Notes under the pieces: generated by a model | The model's database searches: none | What the model was told of the DNA's origin: nothing | What the model saw: the letters and a program-made list of their open reading frames with translations, nothing else | Source of the DNA: an uncultured Flavobacteriales bacterium | Lineage (GTDB): Bacteria > Bacteroidota > Bacteroidia > UBA10329 | Assembly: GCA_937900875.1 (NCBI GenBank) | Contig: CALCGD010000249.1 | Span: forward strand, 9,977 to 73,976 | Direction: 5' to 3' | Length of the DNA stretch: 64,000 bases | Program-made: the position numbers and the translations under genes | In this document: positions 20,198 to 29,258 of the stretch, in pieces | Numbering within the stretch: the stretch's first letter is position 1 | Layout: every line of letters starts with the position of its first letter

Positions 20198-21223
20198 CTA
20201 ATCGATTGTCCAGGTGTTTTTGCCGCGAAGCAAAGCACCCAAATCTCCTTTTCCAAACTTGCTTTTGGCTTGCTCAACTTGGTTGATGAGAAGGTCTTCG
20301 TAACACGCTCTTTCTTCTGTATAGAACACTCCGAATGGTCGTGGGAAGTTTCCTTCCAACGTTGGGTCACCATAGAAACGAACTAAGATGTTTGCTTTAC
20401 CACGATCATTCTCATCATGAATCCAAAGCTCACTTTCGCTTACCGAATCCAAGTTTACGATAACGGGAGAGAAACCTTCGAGTTTGATGCCGAATTCATT
20501 GTTTGCGCCAAATACCAAAGGTTTGCCATGCTCCACAAATAATGTTTGTTCGGCCTTTGTTGCTTTATCGGTCATGCCGAAAAACGCACCGTCATTAAAG
20601 ACATTACAGTTCTGATAAATCTCCACCATCGATGTTCCCTTGTGTGAATTTGCTCTTGAAAGCACATCACGTAAGTGAACAGGATCTCTGTCCATCGTTC
20701 TAGCGTAGAATGTAGAATCAGCACCAATACATAAAGCTGCAGGGTTAAATGGATGGTCTAATGAACCCATTGGGCTCGACTTTGTGTTCTTTCCTTCTTC
20801 GGAAGTAGGCGAATATTGTCCTTTCGTAAGTCCGTATATCTGGTTGTTAAACAGAAGTATGTTGATGTTGAAGTTTCTTCTCAACATATGAATCAAGTGG
20901 TTCCCTCCAATAGAAAGGGCATCTCCATCACCGGTAATCATCCAAACACTTAGGTCAGGATTTGTGATTTTGAGTCCGCTTACAACCGCTGGGGCACGAC
21001 CATGTATGCTGTGCATTCCATACGTATTCATATAATATGGGAAACGGCTACTACAACCAATTCCTGAGATAAAAACCACGTCTTCGCGCTTTACGCCAAG
21101 CTCAGGAATTACCTTTTGTACCTGCTTTAAGATGGAGTAATCGCCACAACCTGGGCACCATCTTACTTCTTGGTCTGTTTCAAAATCCTTGGCGGTTAGT
21201 TCGCCAGTTAATACTTCTGCCAT
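20198..21223 (-). CDS. korB: 2-oxoglutarate:ferredoxin oxidoreductase subunit beta (TPP-binding)
   Basis: 341 aa; WCPGCGDY motif and TPP-binding GDG...N signature; follows the alpha subunit. Confidence 0.85.
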   Translation of the reverse strand: MAEVLTGELTAKDFETDQEVRWCPGCGDYSILKQVQKVIPELGVKREDVVFISGIGCSSRFPYYMNTYGMHSIHGRAPAVVSGLKITNPDLSVWMITGDGDALSIGGNHLIHMLRRNFNINILLFNNQIYGLTKGQYSPTSEEGKNTKSSPMGSLDHPFNPAALCIGADSTFYARTMDRDPVHLRDVLSRANSHKGTSMVEIYQNCNVFNDGAFFGMTDKATKAEQTLFVEHGKPLVFGANNEFGIKLEGFSPVIVNLDSVSESELWIHDENDRGKANILVRFYGDPTLEGNFPRPFGVFYTEERACYEDLLINQVEQAKSKFGKGDLGALLRGKNTWTID

Positions 21224-21225
21224 AT

Positions 21226-23094
21226 CTATTTAAGTATTTCCAGAACCTTATTCTTAACCTCATCCTTACTGAAAGGAATTCCTTTCACCTTGTTCAATGC
21301 TACCGTAGGAATGAGGTATTTGCTTCGAATCATCATGTTCAATTGTCCCATATTCATTTCTGGAATAAGAACAGTGTCGAAACTTCTCAAAACAGCCTCA
21401 ATGTTTTTTGGGAAAGGGAACAAGTAGCGAATGTGTGCATGAGAAACGGAATGTCCTTCCTCAATAAGTTCTTTGGTAGCCGCTTTAATTGCTCCAAATG
21501 TTGAGCCCCAACCAAGTACCAGCACTTTTCCTTTTGCTTCGCCCAATTCAATATCCTGAAGAGGAATATTATTCGCGATGTTTTCAATCTTCTGTGCTCG
21601 AGTATTCACCATGTGTTGGTGATTGTCTGGATCGTAGCTGATGTTGCCCGTTCCGTCTTGTTTTTCAATTCCTCCCACACGATGTTCCAATCCAAGTGTG
21701 CCCGGAATGGCCCATTTACGCACAAGATTCTCGTCTCGTTCGTACGGAAGATATTCTCCGTCTTTCAAATCGCTTGGTGTGGCGAAGTTTGCTTTGAAAG
21801 CTGGTAATTCATCCTCATTTGGGAAACGCCAAGGCTCTGCTCCATTTGCCAAATAACCATCTGACAAGAAGAAAACGGGTGTCATGTGCTCCACCGCCAA
21901 ACGGCAAGCTTCAAAAGCCATATTAAAACAATCGGCAGGCGTTGCTGCCGCAACCACAGCTACAGGCGCTTCGCCATTTCGGCCATAAATCGCTTGTAAA
22001 AGGTCCGCTTGTTCGGTCTTAGTCGGTAGTCCGGTAGATGGACCGCCACGCTGTACGTTGACAATGACCAATGGTAACTCCAACATCAATGCTAATCCAA
22101 TGGCTTCGCCTTTTAGCGCAATACCCGGACCGCTTGACGCAGTGATTCCCAACGCACCACCGAAAGAAGCGCCAATTGCAGAAGCCACAGCGGCAATTTC
22201 ATCTTCTGCTTGGAAAGTTTTCACTCCAAAATTCTTGTGTTTTGCCAGTTCGTGCAATATATCGGAAGCTGGAGTGATTGGGTATGAACCGTAGAACAAA
22301 TCCAATCCTGATTTTTGAGTGGCTGCAACCAAACCAATGGCTGCTGCTTCGTTGCCCATAATGTTACGGTAAACGCCTTTCCCCATTGGGGCCTTATCAA
22401 CGCTAAATCGCGTTGTAGGTGTTTCTGTTGTATCGCCAAAATTGTAACCAGCACGAAGAACTTTTATATTGGCAGCAACAATTTCTGGCTTCTTTTTAAA
22501 CTTCTCAGTTAAGTATTTGATGGTAGGGTCTAAAGTTCTATCGAACATCCAAAGCACGTAGCCAAGCACAAACATGTTCTTGGTACGGTCGATGTCTTTT
22601 GTGCCCATCCCGCTGTCCTTCAGGCATTCTTTAGTCAGCTTTGTTACCTCAATTGGGTAAACTTTGTAGTTGCTTAGCGAGCCATCTTCTAATGCACTAA
22701 TTCCGCTTTCTACTTTGGCAAGACGAAGATTTTTTGCGTCAAAACCATCGGTGTTAGCAATAATAATCCCGCCCTTCTTGAGGCTTTTGACGTTAGCTTT
22801 TAGGGCCGCTGCGTTCATTACAACCAACGCGTCACATTCATCACCTGGGGTGAAAATCTGAATGCTTCCGAAGTGCAATTGGAAACCAGAAACCCCTGCC
22901 AACGTACCTTGTGGGGCACGTATCTCGGCCGGAAAATTCGGAAACGTGCTTAAATCGTTGCCAAAAAGTGCATTTGTATCGGTAAACTGTGTTCCTGTAA
23001 GTTGGATTCCATCTCCAGAATCACCTGCAAACAGGATGGTAATTTCCTTGGTCTTTTCTAATGTAGCGGACATGCGTGTTTTTGTGGTCGGCAA
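21226..23094 (-). CDS. korA: 2-oxoglutarate:ferredoxin oxidoreductase subunit alpha
   Basis: 622 aa; fused gamma/alpha-type domains of 2-oxoacid:ferredoxin oxidoreductases; a 2-nt gap to korB. Confidence 0.85.
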   Translation of the reverse strand: MPTTKTRMSATLEKTKEITILFAGDSGDGIQLTGTQFTDTNALFGNDLSTFPNFPAEIRAPQGTLAGVSGFQLHFGSIQIFTPGDECDALVVMNAAALKANVKSLKKGGIIIANTDGFDAKNLRLAKVESGISALEDGSLSNYKVYPIEVTKLTKECLKDSGMGTKDIDRTKNMFVLGYVLWMFDRTLDPTIKYLTEKFKKKPEIVAANIKVLRAGYNFGDTTETPTTRFSVDKAPMGKGVYRNIMGNEAAAIGLVAATQKSGLDLFYGSYPITPASDILHELAKHKNFGVKTFQAEDEIAAVASAIGASFGGALGITASSGPGIALKGEAIGLALMLELPLVIVNVQRGGPSTGLPTKTEQADLLQAIYGRNGEAPVAVVAAATPADCFNMAFEACRLAVEHMTPVFFLSDGYLANGAEPWRFPNEDELPAFKANFATPSDLKDGEYLPYERDENLVRKWAIPGTLGLEHRVGGIEKQDGTGNISYDPDNHQHMVNTRAQKIENIANNIPLQDIELGEAKGKVLVLGWGSTFGAIKAATKELIEEGHSVSHAHIRYLFPFPKNIEAVLRSFDTVLIPEMNMGQLNMMIRSKYLIPTVALNKVKGIPFSKDEVKNKVLEILK

Positions 23095-23179
23095 AGGTAA
23101 TTGCTGGGTTTGGTTAAACCTTAATGGTCGTCATAAGACCTGCAACGTTTTTAAGGTAGGGTAGGTCTTGATTAACTGC

Positions 23180-23428
23180 TTAATAATTAAGGGCTTCTAC
23201 TGATTTAATCTGTGGTACTGAACGTTTTACGGCTTCTTCGACTCCAGCTTTGAGCGTCATTTCGCTCATATTACAAGTTTTGCAAGACCCAAGTAGTCGT
23301 AACTGAACAACCATGTCATCCGTTATGTTTACCAGTTCCATATCACCTCCGTCAGCAGCAAGAAAAGGACGCATGGTTTCTAATGCTTCCTCCACTCTAT
23401 CTCTAAGTTTCGTATCCATCTTGTTCAA
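23180..23428 (-). CDS. NifU-like (Nfu) Fe-S cluster scaffold domain protein
   Basis: 82 aa; DGGDMELV...GSCKTCNMSEMTL CxxC motif typical of the NifU C-terminal domain. Confidence 0.8.
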   Translation of the reverse strand: MNKMDTKLRDRVEEALETMRPFLAADGGDMELVNITDDMVVQLRLLGSCKTCNMSEMTLKAGVEEAVKRSVPQIKSVEALNY

Positions 23429-24550
23429 TTATCGTGTGGTAATCTCTACTCTTTTTGTGGCGTCTTGAGATTGGTTTCTTTTGTCAACTTCTTGGTTTAC
23501 TGCCAAGGCGAGGTCTTTGAATACCTGAGCAATTGGTGTGTTGTCTTGAAGCAAAGCTGGTCTGCCCGCATCTCCAGCTTCACGAACGGATTGTACTAAA
23601 GGAATCTGCCCAAGCAATGGAACATTAATCTGTTCTGCAAGACCTTTTACGCCATCTTTTCCAAAGATGTAATACTTGTTGTCTGGTAATTCTGCAGGGG
23701 TGAACCATGCCATGTTTTCAATCAACCCGAGAACTGGCACATTGATGCTATCGAGACGGAACATTGCCACGCCTTTCCGCGCATCAGTGAGCGCTACTTC
23801 TTGAGGTGTACTTACCACAACAGCTCCTGTTACAGGAACGGCTTGAACTATGGTCAAGTGCACATCGCCCGTTCCAGGAGGAAGGTCGAGTAGGAGGTAG
23901 TCGAGTTCATCCCACCACACATCGCCAAACATTTGTTTGAGCGCTTTGGTGGCCATGGGCCCGCGCCAAACAATGGCTTGCGTTGGATCAGAGAAGAAAC
24001 CGATACTCATCACTTTTACACCGTAACTTTCTACCGGCAACATGTATTGTTTGCCTTCTATAACTTTAACTTTCGGCTTTTCGCTCACGATATCGAACAT
24101 CAGTGGCATGCTTGGGCCGTAGATGTCGGCATCTATCAGCCCGACTTTAAAACCTTGCTTTGCGAGGCCAACGGCCAAGTTTGCAGTAACGGTGCTTTTG
24201 CCAACCCCGCCTTTACCAGATGCAACGGCAATTATGTTTTTGACTTTGCTCAACGTTGGTGGTCCTTGCGGGCCAGATTGAACGGGTTTGGCGGCAATAT
24301 TTACACGCACCTTAACTTCTCCAAACTGAGCGGTCAGTGCGACAAGAATTTCGCCTTCGAGTTTCTTTCGGATGTTGAGTGCAGGACTCTTTACTTCGAG
24401 GTCAATGTCAATCTCTTTTCCAAAAACCTGTATGTTTTTCAATTCGCCACTTTCGATAATGCTGACATTACCAACTGGCGACTTCACGGTTTTGAGCGTT
24501 TCCGCTACGGTCTGCTTATTTAGATTCATTCTAAGTGCAAAGGTAGTCAC
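23429..24550 (-). CDS. Mrp/ApbC/NBP35 family Fe-S cluster carrier ATPase
   Basis: 373 aa; deviant Walker A SGKGGVGKST; CxxC near the C-terminal part; paired with the Nfu gene. Confidence 0.85.
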   Translation of the reverse strand: MTTFALRMNLNKQTVAETLKTVKSPVGNVSIIESGELKNIQVFGKEIDIDLEVKSPALNIRKKLEGEILVALTAQFGEVKVRVNIAAKPVQSGPQGPPTLSKVKNIIAVASGKGGVGKSTVTANLAVGLAKQGFKVGLIDADIYGPSMPLMFDIVSEKPKVKVIEGKQYMLPVESYGVKVMSIGFFSDPTQAIVWRGPMATKALKQMFGDVWWDELDYLLLDLPPGTGDVHLTIVQAVPVTGAVVVSTPQEVALTDARKGVAMFRLDSINVPVLGLIENMAWFTPAELPDNKYYIFGKDGVKGLAEQINVPLLGQIPLVQSVREAGDAGRPALLQDNTPIAQVFKDLALAVNQEVDKRNQSQDATKRVEITTR

Positions 24551-24580
24551 GAGAGCGATAGTTCAAAGCCTTGAGCTCGG

Positions 24581-25249
24581 TCATTTTTTGGTGCAAATTG
24601 CCACATGCGAAATGGCTAGATCGCTCTTCACTCCTTTAAAACTCACATTGGAAAACCCTGCTTGAACAAGCAACTCTTCTACTCCTTGCGTGGTAAAGTG
24701 GTTTTGAAATATGTGCAGGTTCTCGGTTACAAACGGATAGTTTTTCATGTCGTCTGCGGTACGGAATCCAATAATCAGTTTACCGTTGGGTTTCAAGATT
24801 CTCAGAAGTTCCTGGGCGTCTTGATCAGGTGTAGGCCAGAAATAAATTGTGTTGTTGGTAATAATGGTGTTAAAAGAATTATCTGGGAATGGAAGTCTGC
24901 TCACCTCAGATAAATGCAGTTCTAGTTTGTTGCTTTCGATGGAACTCGAAAGCCTCTTGTTTACTTGATGTATGAGATCTGGTGAGATATCTGCCCCGTA
25001 AACTTTGCCTGTCGTAATCAAATCGCATAATTGCTTGAGCAGCTGCCCGTTGCCAAAGCCGATTTCTAAAACATGATTTGTAGTTTGAATTTCCGCACTC
25101 TGTAGCGCAAGTTGTTCTAGTTCGGCATTGCCTTTGTTCATCATCCTACCAATAAATCGAGACCCGAAAAAACCATTTGGCCTTGCAAGTTGTTGTGCTA
25201 GGTACCCAGAAAGGCCCAAGTTTATTAATAGCTTAAGTAGGAATTTCAT
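24581..25249 (-). CDS. class I SAM-dependent methyltransferase
   Basis: 222 aa; motif I LEIGFGNGQLL and post-I GADISPDL. Confidence 0.7.
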   Translation of the reverse strand: MKFLLKLLINLGLSGYLAQQLARPNGFFGSRFIGRMMNKGNAELEQLALQSAEIQTTNHVLEIGFGNGQLLKQLCDLITTGKVYGADISPDLIHQVNKRLSSSIESNKLELHLSEVSRLPFPDNSFNTIITNNTIYFWPTPDQDAQELLRILKPNGKLIIGFRTADDMKNYPFVTENLHIFQNHFTTQGVEELLVQAGFSNVSFKGVKSDLAISHVAICTKK

Positions 25250-25325
25250 TACCGCAAAAGTAAATCTTAGGATTGGTGCTATCTTGGCCCTTCGTTAAAA
25301 TTGAAGTTCATTTAACCGAACCAAC

Positions 25326-26357
25326 ATGTATAAATATTCTCTCATAATAGTAGCTTTTGTAATCTGCACCGGCTTTACGGCAAGCATATTTTTGACCCCT
25401 ACGTCTTACGATCCAAACACCAGTGTTAGCAGTGTGCTTATTGCGCTTGGCGATGAAGTACCTGAGCACTATGTGGGGACCGTAAACATGGAGAAATTAG
25501 GTTTGGGTAAAGACCTCATCAATTTTGGAGGTGTATATATGAATGGTGCCGTAGAATCGAAATTATCAGAGCATTTTGTGTGTACTGATTGCCATAATAC
25601 ACAGCCAGAAACGAAGTTTGCGCATGATAATGACCCGGATAGCAGACTTCAGTATTCTAAGGAAGCGAACCTGCCTTACCTACCAGGGTCCACTCTTTAT
25701 GGCATTACTAACCGCACTAGTTGGTTTAATGGAGATCATGAAAAAAAGTACGGCAAGGAATTGATTGACCCTGCTAGACATAATCTCAAAAACGCCATTC
25801 AACTTTGCTCCAAAGAGTGTTCTGTAGGCAGAGAATTGACAGATGAGGAAATGGACGGGGTACTTAATTATTTGAACGCCATGGATTTGAAGATGAAAGA
25901 CTTGAATCTGTCTGAGTTAGAATTGGCAAGTATCTCGGCCAATGGTCAAACCGAAGAGGAAAAAGCTGGTAATATTCGATTGCTTCGGTCAAAATTTCTT
26001 CAAGGATATCCTGCCACATTTACCGAAGAGATAGACGTTAAAGAGCGTAAAAAGGGAGAAGAAGGCGACTTAGAAAACGGAAAGTGGATTTATGAGAAAA
26101 GCTGCCTGCATTGCCACGGAGTAGATAAGGTGACCGAAAAAACGGTTTTCGGTTCTGGCGTTGATCAGAAGAGTTTTGCTTGGCTTGCAAAGTATTTCAA
26201 GAAAAGCAATGGCGGTTCTGTCTATTGGATTACTCGACACGGCACTTCCTCAAAGGAAAAAACACCTGAGTACATGCCCATATATTCGAAGGAGAAATTG
26301 AGCGATTCTCAGATTGAAGATTTGGCGGCTTATATTCTTGCTGAGAGTAAGAAATAA
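25326..26357 (+). CDS. membrane-anchored dihaem c-type cytochrome
   Basis: 343 aa; N-terminal TM/signal; two CxxCH motifs (CTDCH and CLHCH); C-terminal helix IEDLAAYIL typical of class I cytochrome c. Confidence 0.7.
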   Translation: MYKYSLIIVAFVICTGFTASIFLTPTSYDPNTSVSSVLIALGDEVPEHYVGTVNMEKLGLGKDLINFGGVYMNGAVESKLSEHFVCTDCHNTQPETKFAHDNDPDSRLQYSKEANLPYLPGSTLYGITNRTSWFNGDHEKKYGKELIDPARHNLKNAIQLCSKECSVGRELTDEEMDGVLNYLNAMDLKMKDLNLSELELASISANGQTEEEKAGNIRLLRSKFLQGYPATFTEEIDVKERKKGEEGDLENGKWIYEKSCLHCHGVDKVTEKTVFGSGVDQKSFAWLAKYFKKSNGGSVYWITRHGTSSKEKTPEYMPIYSKEKLSDSQIEDLAAYILAESKK

Positions 26358-26379
26358 CCAATAAGTATAGAGAGAACTT

Positions 26380-26727
26380 TTAAGTGTTTAAATCCAATTC
26401 TGTCATTGGATTCCAAAAGAGTTTTTCGAAATCAACCACTTGGTTGTTTTCGACTTTCACCCCTTCGTTTTCAAGTAATTCTTGCATAAGGTTTGGTCCG
26501 TCAAAATGAACTTTTCCAGATAGCATACCTATTCTGTTTACGACTCGCTGTGCGGGAACGGGCTCTTTAGAAGAGTGACAAGCATTCATTGCCCAGCCAA
26601 CCATTCGTGCCGCTCCAGGGCTGCCAAGGTATTTGGCAATGGACCCATAAGAGGTTACTCTGCCTGTAGGAATAAGCCTCGCCACTTCCCATACATCTTG
26701 AAAGAAGCCGTCTTTTTTTTGTGCCAA
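26380..26727 (-). CDS. MGMT-family alkyltransferase-like (ATL) protein lacking the catalytic cysteine
   Basis: 115 aa; SYGSIAKYLGSPGAARMVG and VPAQRVVNRIG align to the MGMT DNA-binding domain and to E. coli Atl (LPWHRVVNRHG). PAQRV replaces the PCHRV active site. Confidence 0.65.
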   Translation of the reverse strand: MAQKKDGFFQDVWEVARLIPTGRVTSYGSIAKYLGSPGAARMVGWAMNACHSSKEPVPAQRVVNRIGMLSGKVHFDGPNLMQELLENEGVKVENNQVVDFEKLFWNPMTELDLNT

Positions 26728-26763
26728 TTAGAGAGAGTCAAGTTCCGATGGACAAGGTCGGAA

Positions 26764-27483
26764 TTACAGCGTAAACGCGATGTAATTGATTTTTAGTCCT
26801 TCCTTGAGCCACATGTTTTCATAGAATGTGCGAATGCCCAATTCCTTTTCTCGGTCACATAGAAACTTGTTTTCGCCCTTTTCCAAATCAGCATAAACAT
26901 CGGTCGACTCGCAAAGCGTTTTCAGTCCCATTTCTGCAACCACTTCTTTAGTGTATTCGAAAAATGGCGGATTGTCAGTTTTCAACTGAATGATGCCGCC
27001 CTCTTTTAAAATCTCGCGATAGCGATTGATGAAGTTCGGTGATGTAAGTCTGTTCCTTTCGCGGTTTGTTTGGAGCTGAGGGTCCGGGAAAATTATCCAG
27101 ATTTCAGCGACTTCATCTTTCGCAAACAACCTGTCTATGTGGTTGATTGTAGCGCGTAGAAAACCAACATTTGTTAAGTCGTCAGCTAAAGCCTGTTTTG
27201 CGCCTTTCCAAATTCTGTTACCCTTAATGTCAACTCCGATGAAATTTCGGTTAGGGTACATGCCCCCTTGTCCGACAGAATATTCTCCCTTTCCACAAGC
27301 AAGTTCTAGCGTAATTGGGTTATCGTTTTTAAAAAGTGTAGCAGCCCAATTTCCGGCCAATTCAAACTTTTCTAGTTTGTAGGCATCAGGTACTTCCACC
27401 GTGTTTGGGAATTTAGCTAGGTCAGCAAACCGAGCCAGTTTCTTGGTAAGATTGGGCTTAGTTAAGTCGAATTTCCTCGCCAC
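26764..27483 (-). CDS. trmB: tRNA (guanine46-N7)-methyltransferase
   Basis: 239 aa; LELACGKGEY and IGVDIKG SAM motifs; the IFPDPQLQ motif is characteristic of TrmB. Confidence 0.85.
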   Translation of the reverse strand: MARKFDLTKPNLTKKLARFADLAKFPNTVEVPDAYKLEKFELAGNWAATLFKNDNPITLELACGKGEYSVGQGGMYPNRNFIGVDIKGNRIWKGAKQALADDLTNVGFLRATINHIDRLFAKDEVAEIWIIFPDPQLQTNRERNRLTSPNFINRYREILKEGGIIQLKTDNPPFFEYTKEVVAEMGLKTLCESTDVYADLEKGENKFLCDREKELGIRTFYENMWLKEGLKINYIAFTL

Positions 27484-29074
27484 GACTATTGAAGATCTTG
27501 TATTCCATAAAGTGGTAATTGGTAGAGCTTTCTACCACAATTGTTCCGCCAAAGCTTGTCATCCAACCTTTTACAATCGTATTCGACCAAGGCATCCAAC
27601 TTTCCCGTTTGGTTAAATAAGCGGCTATGTACGGGTGTACCTTAAGAGTGATGTTCTTTTCGTTCTGTTCTTTCAGTACAAAACTTACGCTGTTCTCAAT
27701 CTCTGTATCGAAAAGAACGGAAGCTTCAATTTCTCCAGTACCCGCACAACTTGGACACTTCTCTTTGGTTTTGATATCCATTTCTGGCCTCACACGTTGA
27801 CGTGTGATTTGAATCAACCCGAATTTAGAGGGAGGAAGAATATTGTGCTTCGCACGATCATCTTTCATTTCATCCTTAAGGACATTGAACAGCTTCTTAC
27901 GGTTTTCTGCCTTGTGCAAATCAATGAAATCGACAACAATGATTCCGCCCATATCACGCAATCTAAGTTGACGCGCAACTTCTATTGCAGCTTCAATGTT
28001 GCAATCTAAAGCGTTGGTTTCCTGATCATTGTCAGCATTGGTTCGGGGTCCAGAATTCACATCAATGACATGCAATGCTTCTGTATGCTCAATAACTAAA
28101 TAAGAACCGTTTTTGAAGGTAACATGTTTGCCAAATGCCGCTTTAATCTGCTTGTTAAGACCCAAGCTTTCGAAAAGGGATTGTGTGCCTTTATAGTGCT
28201 TTAGGTTCTTAAGTTTTTCGGGAGAGCTTGCAAGATATTTGCTGATTTCCGCATGCGTTTCATTGCTGTCAACGTAAATATTGCTGAAGTCAGAACTCAA
28301 CATATCGCGAAGCATGGAAGAGCTTCTGCTTAGTTCACCCATAACTCTAAAAGGAGCGTTCGAGTTTTTGACCTTTGCAATCATTTTAGTCCAACGCTCA
28401 ACTAGTTCGTTTAAGTCATCCTCAAGATCCTTAACCTTTTTGTTTTGCGCTGCTGTTCTGACTATGAGACCAAATCCGGCTGGCTTAAGGTCTCTGAAAA
28501 TGTCCTTAAGTCGCTTTTTCTCATCGTTAGATTTGATTTTCTGAGAGATCGAAACCTTCTCGGAAAACGGAACCAAAACCATGAATTTACCTGCGAACGA
28601 AAGTTCAGTAGTTAGTCTAGGACCTTTGGTCGAAATTGGCTCTTTCGCAACTTGTACAAGGATTTCTTTTCCCTGCTTTAGTACGTCATCAATCTTTCCA
28701 TGCTTATCAATTTCAGCTTCTGGCCGAAAACGATCTAGCATGGGGGATTTGAGCTTACCAGCACGGGTAAGGTCTATAAATTTGAGCATGGTTTTAACCT
28801 TCGGACCTAAATCCAAATAGTGTTGAAAACCATCTTTCTCGTAGCCTACGTTAATAAACGCAGCGTTAAGCCCGGGCATGACTTTATGTACACGTCCGAG
28901 GTATAGGTCTCCAACTTGGAAAGCGCTGTCGCCACTTTCCTCATGGAGTTCTACAAGTTTTTTGTCCTTTAAAAGGGCAATATCAACCTTAGAAGGTTGC
29001 GATGAGATTACCAGGTCGTAATTCACGGATAGCAGTTTATAGCCGCCTACCGCATATAGCGTACAACAAAGCAT
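27458..29074 (-). CDS. rng: ribonuclease E/G family endoribonuclease (RNase G-like)
   Basis: 538 aa; N-terminal S1 domain (GDLYLGRVHKVMPGLNAAFINVG), a DNase I-like catalytic core and a Zn-link (CPSCAGTG). The true start may be slightly downstream. Confidence 0.85.
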   Translation of the reverse strand: MLCCTLYAVGGYKLLSVNYDLVISSQPSKVDIALLKDKKLVELHEESGDSAFQVGDLYLGRVHKVMPGLNAAFINVGYEKDGFQHYLDLGPKVKTMLKFIDLTRAGKLKSPMLDRFRPEAEIDKHGKIDDVLKQGKEILVQVAKEPISTKGPRLTTELSFAGKFMVLVPFSEKVSISQKIKSNDEKKRLKDIFRDLKPAGFGLIVRTAAQNKKVKDLEDDLNELVERWTKMIAKVKNSNAPFRVMGELSRSSSMLRDMLSSDFSNIYVDSNETHAEISKYLASSPEKLKNLKHYKGTQSLFESLGLNKQIKAAFGKHVTFKNGSYLVIEHTEALHVIDVNSGPRTNADNDQETNALDCNIEAAIEVARQLRLRDMGGIIVVDFIDLHKAENRKKLFNVLKDEMKDDRAKHNILPPSKFGLIQITRQRVRPEMDIKTKEKCPSCAGTGEIEASVLFDTEIENSVSFVLKEQNEKNITLKVHPYIAAYLTKRESWMPWSNTIVKGWMTSFGGTIVVESSTNYHFMEYKIFNSRGEEIRLN

Positions 29075-29154
29075 TGGGCCTCAATGACCCAATGCTCTAA
29101 AAGGTGTTGGCACTGCCGCGAGAGGCGGCCTGTGAACCTTATCTCAAAGGCTGA

Positions 29155-29247
29155 TTATTTTTTCTTCTTGTGACGATTCTTTCTCAAACGCTTTTTACGC
29201 TTGTGGGTGGCCATCTTATGTCTCTTTCTCTTTTTACCGCAAGGCAT
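29155..29247 (-). CDS. 30-aa highly basic protein, ribosomal protein bS22-like
   Basis: Not in the ORF track. Minus-strand ATG at 29247, stop TAA at 29157..29155. Translation is MPCGKKRKRHKMATHKRKKRLRKNRHKKKK. It aligns with mycobacterial bS22 (..[20 protein letters not shown]..). bS22 is known in Actinobacteria and Bacteroidota. Confidence 0.55.
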   Translation of the reverse strand: MPCGKKRKRHKMATHKRKKRLRKNRHKKKK

Positions 29248-29258
29248 GACAATGTGAT

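Noticed and set aside
26712-26719. T8 homopolymer (A8 on the coding strand) at codons 4-6 of the ATL gene, as a possible slipped-strand phase-variation tract
   Set aside because: Eight residues is below the length usually associated with phase variation. It simply encodes KKK, and there is no other sign of contingency-locus structure.
29100-29154. GCCGCGAGAGGCGGC hairpin between rng and the bS22-like gene, as a possible terminator
   Set aside because: The stem is short (5 bp) and lacks a convincing U-tract on either strand. It could be a processing or structural element, but the evidence is too weak to call.
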